A DNA stretch of 58,709 nucleotides, counting the filler, from Jimgerdemannia flammicorona (Eukaryota), in assembly GCA_003990765.1 (NCBI GenBank). It is 3 parts of 3 records of this genome, joined end to end, with 100 filler letters (N's around TTAATTAATTAA, not from the genome) between each part and the next. Parts side by side here need not be neighbours in the genome. Positions count along the whole stretch, not along the records: positions 39,209 to 58,709 come from RBNJ01001926.1; 2 more parts are not named here. One strand, 5' to 3'. Shown one piece after another: positions 49,301 through 58,709 of this stretch. Position 1 is the stretch's first letter. Each line of letters opens with the position of its first letter. The notes below the pieces were generated by a model. The model saw nothing but the letters and a program-made list of their open reading frames with translations, did no database searches and was not told where the DNA came from. The translations under genes were made by a program, and so were the position numbers.

Positions 49301-50942
49301 CGCTTAGGCGACCGCGACACTCTTTTGACAAGGAACACGTTCGAGTCGGACTTGTGTATCGAGGAGCTGCTGGACGAAGAATCACTTTCAATATCGTTCA
49401 GCCTTTGGCGGTGCTTTTCTGTCCGCGCTTTGTTATAGGTCGTTTTGACAGAGCAATTCTCTCCATTGTTGTCCAGATCTCGCTTGTTATTCTCAGGTAA
49501 AGCATCTGAGAAGAGATATTCTTCGGTATGCTGTCTAGCGTCACCAAATAAATTGACGCTGCTAATAAGGTGTCCGCGTTTCACTGACAACTATTTTGCA
49601 TAATGATGCAAATTTGTTATCCACTAGTAAAGGTGAATATCAATAGTACAAGATATGACTCACCGCCTTCCGCTCAAAGATGATATCCTCCCAAAATGGT
49701 TTTCTGCTATTATGTATTTGCATGATTGGACACCATCTATTCGATAAGGGAATATGAAGAAATACTAGAACTCTCGCCGGAACAAAAACTTGGTAAACGC
49801 AAATCACAAATCGCAATGGTGGGGCTCGGATAGGCAGCCGATGGAATACCCCTGAAGTCTGATAGGCAGCGGACCAGGGGCGCCCTTAAAAAAAACGTAC
49901 TATACCTTCTTCGCATAATTATCTGGACTAAGTTCTTTTGCCGCGCCTTTAAAGCGACGGAACCAAGCACCGTCAAGTACCGCCCAGTCATCGGAAACCG
50001 GTGTTGAAGAAATGACGACATCGCGATGGTGTTTCAAAAACTCGATGTAAGACCAGACTTTATGCTCCTTCAGGTAGGATACAAGAGCTAGAATGTTCGT
50101 TGGTAAGTTAGAAGGAATGTAATTTTTTTGTAAATTGCCTTCCCTGGAGACTTACTGGTATAACCAAATTATACGAGTAACCGGGATATTTCTCCGGCTC
50201 CTCCTTTTGGAGCATTTTTTCACGCCTTCCTTCTTTCGGCTCCTCCTTTTGAAGCTTTTTACGTTGGGTTCGTATCTAAACGGGATATGCCGTCAATACA
50301 GGATGGATTGATATACAAATCAATGGTAAATCTAACAACCTTTTCCATTTGTAAATCTGAGCCAACAGTGATTGATTCTACGTTGTTCCACTTCATGATA
50401 CCTTTCACGGTGATCCTTACGTCATAGTGATTGGAGATGGAAGATTGAATATGAGTACACGATTGGAGTGATAAGAAAATTAAAATTAGCAATGGCTGAT
50501 GGCCGAAGGTTGACAACAACGGGCACACAACGGAACGCATTTGTCCACCGTACAAGAGGGTCCTTGAGACTCCCAATTGCAATATACGACGAAACGCATT
50601 TCATCAAAGATCAAGCGCACTTGATTCTCCTAGTCGCATAACCGCGTTTTGTAAACCTCCAGCGCGACAAAAAGAAAAAGGAAAAATGTCCTGCCTTAAA
50701 TCATTCAGCAGCCGCCTTGCAGCTATCTTTGCCTCTGGTGAATCGACGCTGTTTACCTCCTCGATATCGCTCTTGAGTTTACGGGCTTCCTCTTTGTATG
50801 AAAATGTGAAATCGGGCTGTTGTTGGCGATACTTGTAGAAGCCGATGAAAGAATAATCCGCCGGTGCAGTTTCACGAAAGTATTCAGATGATTTTCGATC
50901 GGATTCTCCAACTTCTCCTTTTGGCTCCTATTTGGCAGACAT
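46397..50942 (-). pseudogene. Multi-exon pseudogene: N-terminal header domain(s), acidic linker, C-terminal PD-(D/E)xK/REase-like domain (Crinkler/CR-effector-like)
   Basis: Exon-like pieces with splice-like borders: SEYFRETAPADYSFIGFYKYRQQQPDFTFSYKEE; SYLKEHKVWSYIEFLKHHRD..LDGAWFRRF; WILPSGKNV; TEGFLQVHVYGVFIDSLF; GEQGSRAVSYRKN..KLDATV..ELLTMESG..KFLRDRYKLARELKD..LEVFGILTS. Stop at codon 5 (ATG TCT GCC AAA TAG), several frameshifts and a LINE insertion. Family assignment is by resemblance only. Confidence 0.65.
47891..49087 (-). mobile_element. 5'-truncated non-LTR retrotransposon insertion with polyA tail and TSD
   Basis: T20 at 47890-47909; 14-bp TSD CCTGCTTTGCTCCT at 47877-47890 and 49088-49101; removal restores AYRSKAGVQDL. 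CpG-poorer than the flanks. Confidence 0.88.
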
Positions 50943-51174
50943 GGGAAATGAGTAGATGATTTTTCGATCGGATTTTTTTACAGCATTATGTAGAATGGAT
51001 TTGGTTCAGTACTGTTAATTTCTGAGTTATGGCGTACGTTCGTTCACATACAAAGCCCACCTCTTACGTTCCCGCCTTCGAAAAATGATTTCATCGGCAG
51101 ATGCGGGTGTTGCTGTCGAAGAACAAGGGTTTCAAGTATCAAGGGTTTCATATCAGAACAAAAGAAAGCGGAGA

Positions 51175-51423
51175 TCGCAACGAGGAAGGCGCCGCTCCAT
51201 GTGAAATGATAACAGCAAACCCCGGGAGCCGCTCTATGTTGACGATATAGAAAATGCGCCACATAATAACAACCGCGAGGTGCCTTTCCCTCATCACTCG
51301 CAACGAGGAAAGCGCCGCTCCATGTGAAATGATAACAGCAAACCCCGCGAGCCGCTCTATGTTGGCGATATAGAAAATGCGCCACATAATAACAACCGCG
51401 AAGCGCCTTTCCCTCATCACTCG
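51175..51423. repeat. Tandem repeat, 2 x 123 bp
   Basis: Units start at 51175 and 51298 (TCGCAACGAGGAA..) and differ by a few substitutions; partial echo at ~51455-51485. Confidence 0.95.
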
Positions 51424-51894
51424 GGCACCGAATACTCCAGCAAAACCTCTCGAGTCGCTCCATGTGAAGAAAAATGACAACAGCCTCCGCCTTCAAAAAA
51501 ACCTACTTTTTTATGTGCCTTGTTCACTTGACGCGTACCGATCGTACCAAATTCCGTCGAGTCAGCCCCAATCTTCGGTGAATGGAGGTGATTCAAGGAT
51601 GGTGTCTCGAAGCGTGTTTAGAAAATGAGGATACGTGCAGTCAACGCTGTCCACATCGCGGAAATACGCGATCACGGCTGAGAGAATCGCGCGAAATTGG
51701 TCAGAAATGCACGCGATGAGACAAAAGAAGTATCGGCAGTATTTTACCTTTATGACCGGGATACTTTTCGTCCGTCGCCATGTCCTCGTAAAATGCAGAG
51801 CTGCGAGGAAGACGCGAAAAAAAATACCAGGAACGGAAGTGATGTTTTGGGCCCAAAATTTTTGATTGGACAACCAAGACTGCAAAAACAATAT

Positions 51895-52375
51895 CACTAC
51901 TTGTATTTAAATTTTATGATCCCTGCTCATACTAAATTTAAATGTGATGGCAGATCAAAAGACTATATAGATCATGTTGTAGATGTGATAAAAATATCTA
52001 GTATTACTGGACTAAATAAAGTTTAACATTATAATAATAGTAAAGGGTTTTAATATTTTGATATTCTAAGTAATTTGGAAATATATTTTAAGAAGTTATC
52101 TAATATACAAAGGTTTCAACATTTCCTTTTCACTCATGCTAACTCTGGTATGATTAAAGTCCAAGAAGTTACTAATATGTAGTTTATTTTTAAGAATTTA
52201 AGTTATTGAAGACTAAGAAATCAAAGACTTAAAGATTATTAAAAAAATCAATATCTTGTTATTTTCAATATTAATATCTTTTTCTATAGAATTGAAATAT
52301 CAGAAATATCTTTATCACAATATTTGTCTATTTGTCTAGATAAATTCAAAGATATTACTTATCTAAAATTAATCT
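51895..52375 (+). pseudogene. DNA-transposase C-terminal relic (Sola-like GHT..CD motif) in an AT-rich island extending to ~53290
   Basis: LNFMIPAHTKFKCDG and an eroded YQKYLYHNICLFV...FKDITY terminus; abrupt loss of CpG. Confidence 0.5.
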
Positions 52376-53405
52376 AATCTATAATATATATTACTAAAAC
52401 TAAAAAAATATAAATAATTAAAATAAACTCTAATATCTTTATTACTTTATTAAAGAATAGATAAAAGTCAAAGAGAGAAAGTTATAATTAAGATGATTAC
52501 TTATAAACTAATAAATTTTTTTTATTATAAAAAATAGAGATTATTTTAAGAAGTTTTAAAGTAAGATAAAAATTATTCTTTGTTAATCAATAATATAGAG
52601 ATAAATATACTAATTAATATATATAATAAATAATAAGAATATTTTATAATTGATTTTGATAATTTTAAGAAAAGATATATATAATACTATATATTTAACT
52701 AATAAAGAATTAAATATCCAATAGTAATACTTCTCATTACAATAATCAATTTAATTTTTATAATTATTTATTTTATTTTTTTTATTACTCAGAAGTTATT
52801 ATAAACTTTAAAGAAAATTTGATTAATAAATTAGTAATTATTAATTCTTACTTTTTGAAAAGAGATTATACCAAAAGACTTGGTTTTGCTATCACTAGTA
52901 GTAATTTAGAAAAAAAAAAAAAAAAAAATTACAAGTTAATTATATAACTATAAGAATTACTCTATCTAATATACCTAGAGAAATCTATACTTCTACTTAA
53001 TGAGATTATTAATAAAAATATCTCAGACTTTGATATCTTTATTAATAATGCTCCAATTATCATTCTGATAAAACTTATATTATTCTTCTTATCATTATCT
53101 CTAAGCCCCTAATATCTAATATCAAAACTAATACCACTGATCTCAAAGACCATTACTGCTTTAAAAATAAAAAATAAACAATTAGAACAAAAACTAAGAG
53201 CTCTGCAAATACAAGAGAGGGACAGCTGAGTTTTTTGGATGATCAGTGGATCACTACTTTGTTTTAGTAGTTAAAATTAAAATAACGAAAAAGGAAAATG
53301 TTTTAATCAGGACTGATTCCCGAGTGACGTCAAATGTTCACTTTGTTGCAGCACACCCAAATAGACATATAACTTTGCCTCCCCATCCTTGACATTATCA
53401 TAAGA

Positions 53406-54331
53406 ATGGCCTCCCACGACCCCATCGTTCCTCACTCCCCTGGCATCAGTGCCTACATGTCCGTTCATGCCGCGACGAGTGAGTAATCTTGTGCCTATCC
53501 AGGGGTTTTTTTCGCTCGGTCGTGCCAAAACCGCTCTGGACATCGTCTTTCCATGGTTTCTGTCTCCTTCTAGACCTGGCATATGTCAAGTACTTTGCCA
53601 AGGCGACCGACGCTGTCTCTGCTACCTTCAAGAGCATAGACTCGACGGGGTTTGTGGTCTCGTACAAGAAAGCCAACGGCGTCGAGAAGGATGCGCGCAT
53701 CGAGTTCCAGACGCCGTTGACAAAGCGCGAGGAGATTAGGCCCGTGCTTGAAGCCATGGCCAAGGAAGCTGAAGACGCGCTGGGTCTGGTATGATATCTA
53801 ACCACTGTGTTCGCAAGCTTTTCGTCTGTGCTGGACCACGACGATCATTATAGTTGACTATAGCTCAATTCACAAAACCTCCAGCCCTCCAGCCTCTCCG
53901 GCCCACCGCCCATCGCGGCGATCGCCAAGGCCATGTACGCCAACGCAATGCATTCCCCCCCCTCCGGCCTCTGGGACGAGGAGAACTTGGACGTCTTCCA
54001 GCTCGTCTCCTTCCGTAAGGCTTTCCCTATAGTAGCCATTTGCGGCGCCACCCTATATCTCCAGTTCGCCACAACCCCGCCAGTGTGGGCCGCACAGCTT
54101 CGTGATATTTTCCCCACCAACGCGCTCCGCTACTCCTCGTACTTCATCTTAATAGCGCACTCGCTCGAGAGCACAGCCGCGCTGGCGCTATGTCTGAAAC
54201 GCGGGGTGTACTCATGGAGGAACACGTTTCTGTGGACAGTGCAGGGTCTTGTGACTGGGTTCCCTAGCACCATGGCGATTATTGATCACGGGAAGGTGGT
54301 GAAGGAGGCGAGGGCAAAGAAGCAGCAGTAA
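53406..54331 (+). CDS. DUF2470-like N-terminal domain plus TMEM254/DUF4499-like C-terminal membrane protein, 3 exons
   Basis: Exons 53406-53478, 53574-53788 and 53885-54331 with GT-AG introns splice in frame: MASHDPI..AYMSVHAATNLAYVKYF..ATFKSIDSTGF..IEFQTPL..IRPVLEAMAKEA..LIAHSLES..W.VQGLVTGFPS. Confidence 0.85.
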
Positions 54332-54720
54332 GGGTGGAGAGATCTTGTTCTATCATTTTATTTTACTATTCCCTATTACGATTATGTAAGGCAGGCTAAT
54401 GGTATGATTAGCAGCGTCTTATCGTAAGGATGTGTAAATTACACGATCTTTTTTTTTTTTATTATTATTTTCGACGATGCATGTACGTAATATGAATAGA
54501 AACGAGAATGAATAATCTCCCTAGTACCATATCTTCCAAGGAGATAGATGGGTGAGGGCTCTACACGATCATGCTTATTGGCATCAGTTGAGATGAGGAG
54601 TGCATGGATGAGATGAGGAGTGCATGGATGAGTCGTAAACTCCAAGGGGCTCGACCGACCTCTCTCTCTTGGCTGGAATTCCATGAACGAACCAACCAAC
54701 GCCAGCCACCGAATTTATAA

Positions 54721-58674
<3,954 letters not shown>

Positions 58675-58709
58675 GTGAGTAGCTTCTTGGTGCAGTTTTT
58701 TTTTTTTTT

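Overview
Eukaryotic, intron-containing sequence that looks fungal. An early-diverging lineage such as Mucoromycota is plausible, but that is inference from gene-family resemblance. The window is three contigs joined by artificial 100-bp linkers (N44-TTAATTAATTAA-N44 at 19507-19606 and 39109-39208). About 46 kb is a nested graveyard of transposons heavily eroded by C>T/G>A transitions: L1/Tx1-like LINE relics, a Ty1/Copia element, Ty3/Gypsy elements (two carrying dUTPase plus an extra 3' ORF), solo LTRs, foldback MITEs and DNA-transposase relics. The last 12 kb is genic: a pseudogenised REase-fold (Crinkler-like) gene hit by a LINE fragment, a DUF2470/TMEM254-like membrane protein gene, and the 5' part of a PMR1-type Ca2+/Mn2+ P-type ATPase. 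The standout is a young, CpG-rich Penelope-like retroelement at 8445-14027 that lacks an endonuclease domain. It sits at a non-telomeric site, head-to-head, with both outer junctions being element 3' ends and three identical 3' termini. There is no TSD and apparently a small target deletion. The inversion switches strand exactly at a 14-bp inverted repeat that brackets a 153-bp GC-rich, mini-hairpin-rich module.
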